This document shows positions 48,870 through 64,000 of a stretch of 64,000 bases of DNA, in pieces (the first letter of the stretch is position 1; the number at the start of each line of letters is the position of its first letter). A program made the translations under genes and the position numbers. The stretch lies in the NCBI RefSeq assembly GCF_009914755.1, contig NC_060934.1; one strand, 5' to 3'. The notes under the pieces are model-generated. The model ran no database searches. It had not been told where the DNA came from and worked only from the letters and a program-made list of their open reading frames with translations. This DNA comes from the human T2T-CHM13v2.0 reference genome, Homo sapiens.

Positions 48870-51535
48870 CTAAAGCTTAACATTTGAAACAATTTTAGGT
48901 TTACAATAAAACTGAGCAGAAAGTACCAAGAGTGCCCATGTGCCTCCCAGCCCCATACACTCACAGCCTTCTCCACTGTCAATGTCCCCCACCACAGTGG
49001 TGCACTTATTAAAACTGATCAGGCTACACTGACACGTCATCATCACCCAACATCCACAGTTTACATTAGGGGCCTCTCTTGGTGTTGCACCTTCTATGGG
49101 TTTTGGCAAATGTAGAATAGTATGCATCCACCACTGTAACATCATACAGAATCACTTCGCTGTCCTAAAAACTTCCTGTGCTCCACCTAGTCATCCCTCC
49201 TACCCCCTAACCCCTGGCAACCATTAATCTTTTTACTCTCTCCATAGTTTTGTTTTTTCCAGAATGTCATATGGTTGGATTGATTCAGTCTCTAGCCTTT
49301 TCCAATTGGCTTCTTTTATTGGTAATATTCATTTAAGTTTCCTCCACATCTTCTCGTGGCTTGATTGATTGCTCATTTCCTTTCAGTGCTAAATAATGTT
49401 CCATTGTCTGGATGTGCCACAGATTATTTATAAATTTGTCTACTAAAGGACATTTTGGTTGTTTTCAAGTTCTGGCAACTATCAATAAAGCTGCTATAAA
49501 CAACCATGTGCAGGTTTTCTGTGTGGAACTGAGTCTTTAACTCCCTGGATAAATACCAAGAGGTGCAATTGCTGAATATCTTGGTTCATTTAGTGTTGCT
49601 ATAACAGAATACCTGAGGCTGGGTAATTTATTAAAAAAAAAAAAAAAAAGGTTTATTTGGCTCACAATTCTGGTGGCTGGAAGGTTCAAGATTGGGCAGT
49701 TGTTCCTGATAAGGGCCTCATGGTGCTTCAATCCATGGGAGAAAGCAGAAGGAGAGATGGTGTGTGCAAAGAGATTACACATTAAGAGAGGAAGTGAGAG
49801 AGGAAAACCAAGGAAGCCAGACTCTTAATAACAACCTGCTCCCTTGGGAATTAATCTATTCCTGTGAGAGTGAGGACTCACCTCCATGGAAGGGCATTAA
49901 TCTAGTCATGAGGGGTCCACTCCCATGACAACATTGCCACTCCCATGACACATTGGGGATCCAATTTCAACATTCATTTTGGTGGGAACGAACCACATCC
50001 AAACCATAGCACTGGATCATATGGTCAGAGTATATTTAGTTTTGTAACCCACTGCCAAACCGTCTTCCAAAAAAGTCATACCATTGTGCATTCCCACCAG
50101 CAGTGAATGAGGGAGGGCCCCTGTTGCCTCATTTAATGTTATCAGCACTTTGGACTTTGACCATTCTGATAGGTGTGTAGTGATATCTCTCTGTTGTTTC
50201 TGTTTTCATTTCCATGATGCCACACAATGCAGCCAGTCTTTCCATATATCCATGTGCCTATTTGACATCTGTCTTCTTCTATGGTGAAGTGTCTGTTCAT
50301 ATCTTTGGCCCATTTTTTAATTGTGTTGCTTGTTTTCTTATTGTTGAGTTTTAAAAGGTCTTTCTATATTTTAGATACTAGTCCTTTATCAGATGCGTCT
50401 GTTGCAAATATTTTCTCCCCATCTGCAGCTTCTCTCCTCATTCTCTTGACACTGTCTTTCACAGAGCAGAAGTTTTTTATTTTAATGAAGTCCAGTTTAT
50501 CAATTCTTTCTTTCAAGGATTGTGACTTTGATGTTATATCTAAAAGTCATCACTATACTGAAGGTCATTTAAGTTTTGTCCTATGTTATCTTCTAACAGT
50601 TTTATACTTTTGCATTTACATTTGGGTCTATGATCCATTTTGAATTAATATTTGTGAAGCATGTAAAATCTGTGTCTAGATTCATTTCTTATGTAGATAT
50701 TCAGTTTGTTCCAACACCATTTGTTGAGAAGACTATCCTTTTCCATATAATTGCTTTTGTTCTTTTGTCAAAGATTCATTCAGGATATTTGTGTGGGTCT
50801 ATTTCTGGGCTTTGTATTCTGTTCAATTTATTTATTTGTCTACTGTTCCACCGATACCACATGGTCTTGACTATTACAGCTTTATAGTAAGTCTTGAAGT
50901 CAGGTAGTGTCAGTCCTCAACTTTGTTCTTCCTGGGATTTGTGTTAGCTGTTATGTGTTTTTTACCTTTCCATATAAACTTTAGAACAAGTTTGTTGACA
51001 TCCACAAAATAACTTGCTGGAGTTTTGATTGGGATAGTATTGAATTTATAGAAAAATTTGGGAAGAACTGATATCTTGACAACATTGAGTCTTGTTATCC
51101 ATGAACATGGAATATCCCTTAATTCATTTAGTTATTCTGTAATATCTTTCATCAGAGTTTGGCAGTTTTCCTTGTACATATTTTGTCATGTTTATATCTA
51201 AATATTTTGTTTCTTGAGTGCTAGAATAAATAATAATGTATCTCAAATCTCAAATTTCACTTGTTCATTGCTGGTATATAGAAAAGTGATTGGCTTTTAT
51301 ATATTAGCCTTGTACCCTGAAGCCTTTCTAGAATTTTTCATTAGATTCAGTTTGTCAGTTCTTCTGGATTTTCTACTTAGATGAGAATGCCATCCACAAA
51401 TAAAGACAGTTTTGCTTCTTCCTTCCCAATGTATACACCTTTTATTTCCTTTTCTTGTCTTATTGCATTAGCTGAGATTTCAGCACAGCATCGAAAAGCA
51501 CTGGTGAGAGGGAACATCCTTGCCTTGTTCCTGAC
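48870..51535 (-). mobile_element. L1MC-like 3' end and ORF2 fragment, interrupted by an MST LTR
   Basis: TTTTAGGTTTACAATAAAACTGAGCAGAAAGTAC...ACACTGACACGTCATCATCACCCAA 3' UTR, then long antisense ORF2-like T-rich text. Confidence 0.9.
49577..50011 (-). mobile_element. MST (MSTB-like) MaLR LTR
   Basis: GTGTTGCTATAACAGAATACCTGAGGCTGGGTAATTTAT...CACATCCAAACCATAGCA; TSD CTGAA/CTGGA. Confidence 0.9.
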
Positions 51536-52649
51536 CAGCATGCTTTCAGTGGGAGTTTTCTCTTATCATATTTTGCTTTTTAAAATTAACTTGTTTCAAT
51601 TAGTTCTTTTGAGTAACATACAATTTCAGAAATGCCTGTACTTGCAACTTATATAATTATATAAAGAGTGGATACAGTTGATTTTGATTTGAGGAAATAA
51701 TAATATTTCATTTGAAAGAACTTGAAGCCTTTCATAGGTCCCATACCAGGACTTTCCCTGGAAAGTGGAGCCAGTGTTGCAGTTTTAACACAAAGGGTTA
51801 CACCAGCATGACAGCCTGAATCCCCCCAAGTCCGGGTCTTAGCTCCACCCCACTGAGACTCAGCCCCACCCCACCACAGAGCCTCTGAGGACTACAGGAA
51901 AAGGAAGTACTGTCCTGTGCCCCATCTGTATGCTGGCACCCACCAGATACATGTCCTTGGTTGAGGGCTCTGTCACTCACACACTCTTAGCTGCTGGCCC
52001 CAGAGTTCCACAGCAGGGCTAAGTCAGATTGGAATGGAGAGAACACCTCTCCCAGGGGCCAGACTTCTCTGCACTGGATTCTGAAGCTCCACCAGTATGC
52101 TTTGGCTCCCCAGGTCCTAAAGCAAACAGTGTGCACCCACATCCTCACTGGCCTATAGTCAGCCCAAGGGCTGAGACTTCAGAACCCCATTTCACAGAGG
52201 AACTTGAGTTTTGAAAATAAGAAATTAACATATGCAGTTAAAGAGAATATTCTACTTTACAAAAACATTCTGAGGGGGGAAAGCAGGAGAGATGTGCCTC
52301 TCCTTCCTAGTCACTTTTTTCTTCTCTTAGAGACCCCTGAACACAAAAACACCAATGGGATGCTGTGATAGTCACCATGCAGTGACCTCCACCAGGCAGT
52401 CATAGTATGTGATAATCAACTGAAGCTTGAATGCCAAGGAGAGACCATCTGGTCCAAACTCACAAGGAAAGGCATTCTAGACAGAGGGATAGATGCTGCC
52501 CACATGTATACAGTACTTCAGAGCAGAAAAGGAGGGAAACACCACATGTATGGACACCAAAACCATACAAAGCAGAAAGATGGCAACCCAATCTCAGTTA
52601 TGAACATAGATGAAAGCCCCTATCAAAAATTCTAAGATATTAAGGAAAT

Positions 52650-54210
52650 GCTGAGGAAATATGAGCAGAATATGGGATTTAATTAATAACCTATCAATGT
52701 TGGTGCATTTTATTGTGACAAATGTATCATAGGAACATATGCTAATAAGAGGGGAAATGGAGTGTTGGGTAGGTGGAAACCCTCTGTACTATCTTTGCAA
52801 TAATTCTATCAATCTAAAACTATTCTAAAATTACCAATTTATTTTAAAAGAACGCTAGATGGGATCAACAGCAGATTAGACACTGCAGAAGAAATGTTTA
52901 GTGAACTTGAGCACTAGAAATATGGACAATCTAAACTAAAGCAGAGAGAGATAAAAAAGACCCAAAATAAGTGTTAACATACAACAAACAATGCCACAAC
53001 AATTGAAGATCAATGTGGGGGTATTAAAAGAATCTCAGTCCCTATCTCCTCATCCTATACAAAAACTAACTCAAAATGAACCATAGACATAAATGTAAGA
53101 GCTCAAATTATAAAACTCATAGAAAAATATGTATGACCTTGGGTTGGCAAAGATTTCTTAGATAGGACACAAAAAGTGCAACCATAAAAGAAATAATTGA
53201 CAAAGTGGACTGATAAAAATTGTAAACTGTTACCTCTTAAAAACTACAATAAGAAAACTAAAAGGCAAGCCACAGACTGGGAGAAAATATTTGCAAAATA
53301 TGTTATCTAATAAAGACTTGTAACCAGAATATATAAAATATAGTATAGCTCAAAAATAAGAAAAAAATTGTTTTAATTGTGCAAAACAAAAGAGTTAAAC
53401 AGATACTTCACAAAATAACATATACAAATAGTCAATAGTGTATGAAAAGATGCTCAACAGTATTTGTCATTAGGGAAATGCAAGTTAAAACTGCAATAAG
53501 ACACCATTACACATCTACTAAAATGCTTACATTTTAAAAGACTGACAATACCAAGTGTCAGTCAGAACATGTACCAACTGGAACTCTAATACACTACTGG
53601 GGAATGCAATATGACAAAGGCACTTTAGAAAATAGCTTGGCAGGTTTTTATAAGTTGAACATCCACTTGCCAAGTAATTCAGCAATTTCATTCCTAGGTA
53701 TTTACCCAAGAGAGATGAAATATATATCCCCATGAAGATGGGCTTGCAAATGGCCATAATGGCTTTATTTGTAATCACCAAAACCTGAAACTAACCCAAA
53801 TTCTCTAAATAAACTGTGGTATGTCCATATAATGGAATACTACTCAGCAAGAAAAAGGAATGAATTACCAATACAGGCAACAACATGGGTTAATCCCGAA
53901 AGTATCATGTTAGGTGGAAGAAGCCAGACATAAAAGACTACACACAATAGAATTCCATTTAGAAGAAAGTCTAAAAAAGGCAAAATTACAGGAGCTGCTA
54001 GAGCATGAAGAGGCTAACAGCAAAATTACTCAGGAGCACCTTGGGGATGCAGAACTGGTCTGTGGCTTGATTGTGAGGAGGGCTGCACGGCTGTGCACTG
54101 TTGTTGGAACTCATTGAATTGTACCCTTTAAATATGTGGATTTTATTCAGGAACATTTATAAGGAACATTTATAAGGAAATGTTGCCGTAATAAGGCTGA
54201 TTTAAAGATA
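52650..54210 (+). mobile_element. Mosaic of L1M fragments (a short 3' end, an ORF1 piece, then an ORF2/3' UTR L1ME/MB-like piece from ~53030)
   Basis: CTCTGTACTATCTTTGCAA; ACAGCAGATTAGACACTGCAGAAGAA; AAAGGCAAGCCACAGACTGGGAGAAAATATTTGCAA; CCTAGGTATTTACCCAAGAGA. Confidence 0.85.
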
Positions 54211-54218
54211 GTTTTCTT

Positions 54219-54540
54219 GGCCGGGCTTGGTGGCTCACACCTGTAATACCAACACTTTGGGAGGCTGAGGCAGGTGGACCACTCGAGGTCAGGAGTTTGA
54301 GACCAGGAGTTTGAGACCAGCCTGGCCAACATGGTGAAACCCCACCTCTACTAAAAATACAAAAAATTAGCTGGGCGTGGCAGCATGAGCCTGTAATCCC
54401 AGCTACTCAGGAGGCTGAGGCATGAGAATCACTTGAAACCGGGAAGCAGAGGTTGCAGTGAGCTGAGATCATGCCACTGCACTTCAGCCTGGGCGACAGA
54501 GCGAGACTCAGTCTCAAAAATAAACAAACAAACAAACAAA
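54219..54540 (+). mobile_element. AluS with internal 14-bp duplication and (AAAC)n tail
   Basis: GGCCGGGCTTGGTGGCTCACACCTGTAAT...; CAGGAGTTTGAGAC repeated twice. Confidence 0.97.
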
Positions 54541-54559
54541 CTTATCTTGCCACTCGCAA

Positions 54560-54850
54560 CTAAAAACCCTGTAATGGTCCCCCATGGCCTGTGAGAAAAA
54601 GTCAAGGCCTTACATGATCTGGGCCCTGGTTATCTCTCCAACTTCATCTCTGGGTGCAATCTCCTCAACCTCTTCCCTCCCCAAAATATCACACACTATA
54701 TTGCAGCTGCAATAAACACTTCCAAATCCTCATATCCATGTGCTTCCTGCTTCCGTGTCCTCTATATACCGATTCCTTTGGATAGAACACTTTCCTTTAT
54801 GCTTCCTCCATTGACTGGTAAACTCTGCTGTTCTTTAAGACCTAGCCAGA
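54560..54850 (+). mobile_element. L2 fragment
   Basis: CAAGGCCTTACATGATCTGGGCCCTGGTTATCTCTCCAACTTCATCTC. Confidence 0.55.
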
Positions 54851-54899
54851 AGTATTTTCAATGGCCACTAAGTAGGGTTTACCCAAGGAATGAGGCAAG

Positions 54900-56700
<1,801 letters not shown>

Positions 56701-57666
56701 ACAGGCCTCTATGAGAAAAGGCGAGAAGGACCTACATGTCACTACATCCTTTTGGTTTTGAAGCAGTCGCTAAGCCCATCGCGGTCAAGGTGTGCTGAAT
56801 AAGGCTTCACCTTCTGAAGGAAGGAGTCTCAATGGCTTTGTGGGTGTCGTTTAAAATCATCGCCCAAGGAACTGGCCCTTGTCCCCAGTGAGGAGGAAGA
56901 CATCCAACAGGGGCCTAGGGAAGGGCCTCACTTCCAGCTAAGCCCCAAGAGTCCAGCCCTGGAGGCAGACACTTGGGCTCCCAGGCCCTTCCGGAAACCA
57001 GGACACTGTCTCTGAGCCACCTTCTTTAACCCTGGGGTAATTTCATTGGTTTCTTTTAACCAGCTAATTTGAGAGCAAAAAAAAATCATGTTGCAAAATT
57101 TCTATTCCTGCAAAATGGGAGCAGATACAAGTTCTACAAAGTTAGAAATTAAACGACTGTTCTTTCTCTGAGACATATGTTAAGCTAGTACCTCATTAAT
57201 CTTCTTTCTGCTCCAAGACTGTAACAACCTGGCTACTAAATCTTTTAAGTCACCGAATCATTACTCCTTTATAATCTCCAACGCACGGGCTCCGAGAGGG
57301 GTTCATCCTTCTTAAAGCATGCCAGGAGAGGCCGGTTCAGACGAGGCAAAGACAATACAGCTTGGATGTGACATTCTGAAGGCGGTCAGGCACGCAGGCT
57401 GCACCCTAGAGACAGCTGGAAGGCGCCTCAGCAGCAGAGGACCCTGGAGTGGGGCCGGAGCGGGGCCGGAGCAGCACAGCACGTGCAAGGGACAAACAGA
57501 AGTAAGAAAAGAGAAAAGCACTAAGGGTGTTTCTTTAATAGAACATTTACTGCATATATTCTGGGATTACAAAAGTGAACAATGCTCACTGGAGAAACCC
57601 CCAAAGAATCAGAAGAGTCCAAAGAAAGTGGCAAAATCCCTCCCTCATCAAATCTAAAAGGTTATT

Positions 57667-58339
57667 TGTTCCCGGAACAAACTGAGGGTCGTTTTGCTAT
57701 TTCTCACGGCCCAGTAACAAGATGCAGATGAACTGAGGAAGAAGAGTGTTTATTTCTGCAACCGGTTACAGAGAGAAGGCCTGGAAATTATCGCCAGACC
57801 AACTCAAAATTACAGAGTCTTCCAGAGCTTATATACCTTCCAAGCTACATGTCTATGTGTAAGAGTGCATTCACCTAATGCCAGAAGTGATTAACTTCCA
57901 ATCTATAACTGAGGTCTGAGTCCTGAAGACCTTTTTCTAATCTATAACTGAGGTCTGAGTCCTGAAGACCTTCTTGTGGAGCCTCAGTAAGTTTACTTCA
58001 TCTAGATGGGTCCAGGTGCTGGGGTGATTGCCCCGTCTCTGAGAAATCATAAAGGTCTGGGAAGTTCCTTTAGACCCCAATAAACTTGTCTGTGGAGGCC
58101 TGGGGAGTTTCTTCAGATCCCCAACACAGTTTGTTTAGTTGTAAAAGGGTCCTGTTAAGAATTCCTTCGTTATCTTGTCATGCTTCAAGGCCCAGGAAAA
58201 GCCTAGGCAAAACTCTTGGTGGCCCAGCCTGTATATAAAGGCACTAGCTCTTTCAGCTTTTAATGTTTAACCTAGCTACTCAGTCAGTGCCGGGACAGTT
58301 GTCATGGAGGCCTGCGTTAGTGAGACCTGGCCTGCCACA
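57667..58339 (-). mobile_element. ERV1 solo LTR (MER39-like), second copy
   Basis: Ends ...GTTAGTGAGACCTGGCCTGCCACA, the reverse complement of the start of 9745-10509; collinear similarity throughout; internal ~39-bp duplication at 57900-57973. Confidence 0.9.
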
Positions 58340-61300
58340 AAGGGTACCTGCCTTCCAGTGCAGGGTTAGCAAACTGGCCTGGGGACCAAGTCAGCCCACC
58401 TGCTGTCTGTGGATTTCCCTTAGCATTTCCAGGCCCCCGAAACCCCCATGGCCTCGTCCCTTCACCTGTGCTCCCCGGACACGAAGGCTAAGCCAGACCA
58501 CGTTTACCCTGCCCTGTGGCTGGCTGTGGGGGGCTTTCTCCCTGCTGCTGTTCTCACGTCCATACCCAACCTCCCTGCCTCTTCCACAGTGAACCACAAA
58601 GCTGTCAAATAGGCACCTAAAATTAGAACTGCTGAGCCAGACTCCACCCTTCGGATATTCCCCGGTCCTGCCAGAAAGGCTTAGCACGATTTCGAACGTC
58701 TGCATGGTTAGCAAATCTTTTGAGAGATCATACTAGTGTTTAACCAATTTCCCATTGTTAACATTTACAATGTTTCGAATTCTCATTATCGTTAACAGCC
58801 TTTTAATTAACATCTTATATAAAAATTATTTCCGACACTGCCTCCAGGATCCATCTCTGGACGTGACCCTATGGGTTAGGGGGTCTGAACCCTGTTAACG
58901 TTTCTGACGATGATGCTGACACTTTGCCCTCCAGAGGCACAGCCTCCGCCATGTGGCCGCAGCCTCTCGCCCATCCTGGTGTTTCTCTTTTGTCATGATG
59001 GTCACCATTACATCCTTTAGCGTCCGACTGCCTTTAGTGTTTGACTGCCACTGAAGTCAAGCATTTCCTCATGATGTGTATGTTTGTGTGTCTTTGACTC
59101 AGGCCTACTTCAAGTCAAGCCCTTAGGAGCTGGAGGAAGTCAAGCACAAGGACCTCAGGCAAGTTCTCAGCTCCTCTCTCCTCTCTGTGACTGCACCCCT
59201 CCTTATCATAGCCCCTCTCATCTCCGACAGCCAGGAAACAACCATCACCAAGGCTACCACATATAAGACACTCATCGTCACCCTCACAGCTGTCACTGGG
59301 AGTCCCCGGAAGCCGGGGCCGAGGATCAGAGAAGTGAGTGCTGAGGTCTCACGGGCCCCCAAGCGGGGTCGCAGGTCTCTAGAGTTGTGTTTCCAACCAC
59401 CCACGCCACTTTGGACTTCTTTGTTATTATTAAGGATAAAGGGCAACTTTCTGGAAAATTGTGCTGTCTAACCCACTTAAATGTAATCAGATAAGAATAC
59501 CAGGTACCTGCAAGCTGCAACTGGAATTCTCAGGGTATTCACTCCTCAGGTAATGAATCCTGAGGTTTCCACGTTGCCTCTATCTCCAGTTACACAGAGC
59601 CCACGTCCTGAAGCTGCAGATAGAGGCTTGAGTATCTCAGAGCAAAATGAAAGTCAATACAATTGCTATGCAATCTTTATTTATATTCTAGGAACCTGCT
59701 TCTCATGGAAATGCGGATAATGAACAGACACTGATTAAATTGTCCATATGAATATTCATCGAATCACCTGGACTTTCATGTTAATTTTATTCCTTTTCCC
59801 GTGGCTGTCTCTGAATAACAAAGCTTCCTTCCTTCTCCAAAGAGGGGAGCTCAGTGCTGATTAGAAAACAAAGGGGAAACTTGAGTTTGAAATTCTGTCA
59901 AAAAAAAATAGGCCTTAGTGAAGAATGTCATTGGCTTCAGGGTCTCATTTGGCCTTTTAATGTGAGATCCACCTTCACATCCACCCTAATTTAGTTTTCT
60001 CACACAGCAGAAGTTGCTCTGCATGAGTGGGAACGTACAGATGGGCACAGGGGCTATGATGTATGACCAGGTGTGTGCTGGGCTGAGGGCACCCTGCGGG
60101 GGCAAGAGGAGTGGGGTGACAGGAGCACGGACCCAGCACCCCCTCTTTCCCTCGCCCATCCATTCTCTCACTGGGCATTGACTGGAGCTCAGTGTGCAGG
60201 AGACACATGCAGTCCACACATCCCCAGCAGTTCCTGAGCAACAGGAGCTGACACATGAGCCAGGCAGTCCTCACACCTGCCCTGCACAACAGGGACCCTG
60301 CCCCATCTCCCAGATGGGAACCGCACACCCCACGAGTACCCTGCGATGACCACACCATTGACCCACACAGGAGGCAACACCACCATGACACAAATCCTTT
60401 TTGCAAGCTTCTCCCAGGAAACCCATAAACCACAGGACCCTCCCCAGCACCTGTCCCCACCAAGGAACAAGACACCCCCTGGAGCTGCCCCCACTCTGTA
60501 AGATGTCTCTGCACCCCCAGCTGCAGTGAGCGCTGACGGGCGAAGCGGCCATTGGGGACTGTAGGCCTGACGCCGGGGTTGTCCCTGAGCCCCAACTCTG
60601 GGGCTTCTCTGCCCCGCAGGTGGAGCTGGTTGTTGCTAATCCTGACGTGCCCCCACCCCACCTTTTCTACCTTAAAATAACAGTAAAACTTCAAAGCTGG
60701 TGCCGGAGGCAAAATGCTTTGTGAAAACCACCACGTGAGACCAAAGGGAAGTCTGAGCTCACCCTCCTGCCCACAGAGGCACTGCGCAGAGCTGGAAAGA
60801 GATGGAAAAGACAGTTTTTGGCTGTTTTCCTTTGAAGGGCAATTTGCCCACAGGCCAAGGAGTGTGTTGCTTGCTGACCTAAGCCTGATGCTTTGGATGA
60901 ATTGGCCTTACTGTGGATGCCAATATGTCGGGCAGTCAGCGCAGCCTTCGGTGCTCTTCGGCTGTGACACCACCGTCAAAGTTCTGCTAGGCCGTCTCTG
61001 ACACGTGGGCTGGGCCTTCGGAGACCCGCCAACCTTCCAGAAATAGCACAGATGGGGACATGAGAAGCCGGGGCCTCATGGCCTGCATCTGCCCTTAATG
61101 TTTTCAAAATGACTCACAGCCTACAGTGTCGACGACAAGTTGCTTTGACAGCAAAGGGGAAGACATCCAGACAAAGTGCTTCTGAGCGAGAGATGGACAT
61201 TTACAGCAACTATCCGGCATTGATTTCTGCTCGCCTGAGGTGTCTCGGAAGACATGGGGCGTATGACACACTGCGGCCGCAGAAGTGTGCAGCTTCAGCA

Positions 61301-61747
61301 ACCTGGTCTCCAAAACTGCCTTGGAAATAGACAGCAGGGTGCCATCCTCTCGCCCAGAGTGGCCTGGCAAACCCACGTGGGCGAGAGAAAGCCGGTGCAG
61401 CAGGCACAGAGGGCAGGGCCATGCCATCCACCCCATGTGAGCTGACACAGATGAACGGAGCTCTCCAGGCCTCAGTTTCTCCACTGATGAAATGGAGAAC
61501 ACAAATCCTAATGCATAGCATGCAACATCAGTCTGTTGGCTGGGAGGTGGTGGAGGCATCAGACCCAGCTTCCAGACATGGATGAGGGAGGGAGGAGGGA
61601 AAAATGAGACCACGGGTCTGTCTCAGGCCAGCTCCAGGCTGGTCCAACTCCAGCTGCAGGGGTGTCTGGAAAAGGGGGTATTTTAATGAGCATTTTGATG
61701 CCTCAACACACTGTTGGGAAGAAACAGGAGGCAACTAACCACATGTG

Positions 61748-62636
61748 CCACACCAGCCTCACCTTTCTGCAGCCAATGGACCTTCCACACCAGACTCACC
61801 TGCCTGCAGCCAATGGACCTTCCACACCAGCCTCACCTGCCTGCACCCAATGGACCTTCCACAACAGGCTCACCTGCCTGTAGCCAATGGACCTTCCACA
61901 CCAGACTCACCTGCCTGCAGCCAACGGACCTTCCACACCAGACTCACCTGCCTGCAGCCAACGGACCTTCCACACCAGACTCACCTGCCTGCAGCCAACG
62001 GACCTTCCACACCAGCCTCACCTGCCTGCACCCAATGGACCTTCCACAACAGGCTCACCTGCCTGTAGCCAATGGACCTTCCACACCAGACTCACCTGCC
62101 TGCAGCCAACAGACCTTCCACACCAGACTCACCTGCCTGCAGCCAATGGACCTTCCACACCAGACTCACCTGCCTGCAGCCAATGGACCTTCCACACCAG
62201 ACTTACCTGCCTGCAGCCAATGGACCTTCCACACCAGCCTCACCTGCCTGCACCCAATGGACCTTCCACAACAGGCTCACCTGCCTGTAGCCAATGGACC
62301 TTCCACACCAGACTCACCTGCCTGCAGCCAACGGACCTTCCACACCAGACTCACCTGCCTGCAGCCAACGGACCTTCCACACCAGACTCACCTGCCTGCA
62401 GCCAATGGGCTTTGCACACCAGACTCACCTGTCTGCAGCCAATGGATCTTCCACACCAGGCTCACCTGTCTGCAGCCAATGGATCTTCCACACCAGGCTC
62501 ACCTGTCTGCAGCCAATGGATCTTCCACACCAGGCTCACCTGTCTGCAGCCAATGGATCTTCCACACCAGGCTCACCTGTCTGCAGCCAATGGATCTTCC
62601 ACACCAGGCTCACATGCCTGCACCCAATGGATCTTC
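61748..62636. repeat. 37-bp VNTR, ~24 copies
   Basis: Unit AGCCAATGGACCTTCCACACCAGACTCACCTGCCTGC. Confidence 0.98.
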
Positions 62637-62699
62637 CCTGGGCATTGCCCGAGATCTATGCCCAGCCTCAGAGAGCAAAGGGCCAGGGAATCTATTCAC

Positions 62700-63171
62700 A
62701 TCTCGTCCTGGGGCTGCCTTGCCAAATAACCACAGACTAGGGGATCTGAAACAACAGACTTTTACAATCTCCCAGTTCTGGAGGCCAGAAGTCTGAAATT
62801 AAGGCATCGGCAGGGCTTCACTCCAACCAAAAATTCCAGGGGAGCACTTCCCTGCCTCCTCCACATCCCGGCGGCTCCCGGCAGTCACCACCCCCTTAAC
62901 TTCCCAGCTGTGTCTCTCCAGTCTCCACGCCGTCTTCCTGTGGCCATCCTCCCTCTATCTGTGCCTCTGTGTCTCCAAATTGCCGTCTCTTTAAAAGGAG
63001 CGATTCTAAGTCCACATCACTGGACTAGGGCCGCCCTGATCCAGCATGACCTCATCTTAGCTAATTCCATCTGACAGACCCTATGGGGTTTCCACAGAAG
63101 GTCCCATTCACAGATCCTGGGGGTTAGGACTTGGACACATCTTTCTGCATGTAGTAATTCAGCCTATGACA
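62700..63171 (-). mobile_element. MaLR LTR (MLT1B/C-like)
   Basis: GGGCTGCC...CCACAGACTAGG...AAACAACAGA...CAGTTCTGGAGGCCAGAAGTCTGAAATTAAGG...GGGGTTAGGACTTGGACA...ATTCAGCCTATGACA. Confidence 0.85.
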
Positions 63172-63176
63172 GGCAA

Positions 63177-63535
63177 CCTCCATCCTCCATTCATTCCAGT
63201 GCCCACGAGATCGGGGGAGCCTTCATCCACCATTCATTCCCAGTGCCCAGGAGACCCGGGGAGCCTCCGTCCACCATTCATTCCCAGTTCCCAGGAGACC
63301 GGGGGAGCCTCCGTCCACCATTCATTCCCAGTGCCCAGGAGACCTGGGGAGCCTCCATTTGCCATTCATTCCCAGTGCCCAGGAGACCTGGGGAGCCTGC
63401 ATCCGCCATTCATTCCCAGTGCCCAGGAGACCCAGGGAACTTGCATCTGCCATTCATTCCCAGTATTCTCAGGGCTCAGGAGATCTGGGGAGCCTCCATC
63501 TGCCATTCACCCCCAGTGCCCAGGAGATCCAGGAA
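63177..63535. repeat. 44-bp VNTR, ~8 copies
   Basis: Unit GGGGAGCCTCCGTCCACCATTCATTCCCAGTGCCCAGGAGACCC. Confidence 0.95.
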
Positions 63536-64000
63536 GCACCGCCAGTCTCTGAAGACCAAGCCAGGTTGAAAAGGTTGCTCCCATGACAAAATGTGTTTTT
63601 CTTCCCAATTTCAAACAATCCATCAGCACAACCAGCTCGTGTCAACCTTCACTTCACTTCCCGCTGCGTTTTCTTCATCCCCCTCCCCAACATGTATTTA
63701 TGGCCGCGCCCTCACCAACAGCCCACTGGAAGATGTGCTCTCCGAGGGGAGCTACCCTCTGCCTTGTGCCTTGCTGGTTCCCAGCAAGAGTACCTGGCAC
63801 AGAATATGCTTGGAAGCACTGGTTAAAGCACCTGCTCATTCAACAAATGCCGTCTTCCCCGTAGCCACACACATTTTATAATTAAGCAACATCTTGCTGG
63901 GCCCGGGCAACAGACCTTCCAGGCACTCACTAAAAGACAGACGTCTCCACCATCAAAGAGCACACAGTCTGGTTCGGGACAGGGTTTCATATTTTCCTTT

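Noticed and set aside
61714-62796. 360-aa ORF, the longest in the track
   Set aside because: Derived from the 37-bp VNTR (frame-cycling repeat), has a non-ATG start and runs into an MLT1 LTR.

Overview
This window looks like primate (almost certainly human or great-ape) nuclear DNA. It carries AluS elements, THE1/MST/MLT MaLR LTRs, ERV1 LTRs, old L1M, L2 and MIR fragments, and Tigger/MER DNA transposons. It is GC-rich and unusually dense in minisatellites and two-copy tandem duplications, as in subtelomeric intergenic or large-intron sequence. I found no credible protein-coding exon, RNA gene or CRISPR array; the long ORFs in the track come from stop-free tandem repeats or high GC. I cannot support a novel biological system here. 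The most interesting signals are structural: a complex templated copy of flanking DNA inside an LTR, VNTRs born inside or interrupted by transposons, VNTRs that multiply transcription-factor motifs, strong AT-to-GC drift of old repeats, multi-layer TE nesting, and short dispersed duplications, one of which keeps a splice-acceptor signature. Repeat subfamily names come from recalled consensus sequences, not a database run, and coordinates were counted by eye.
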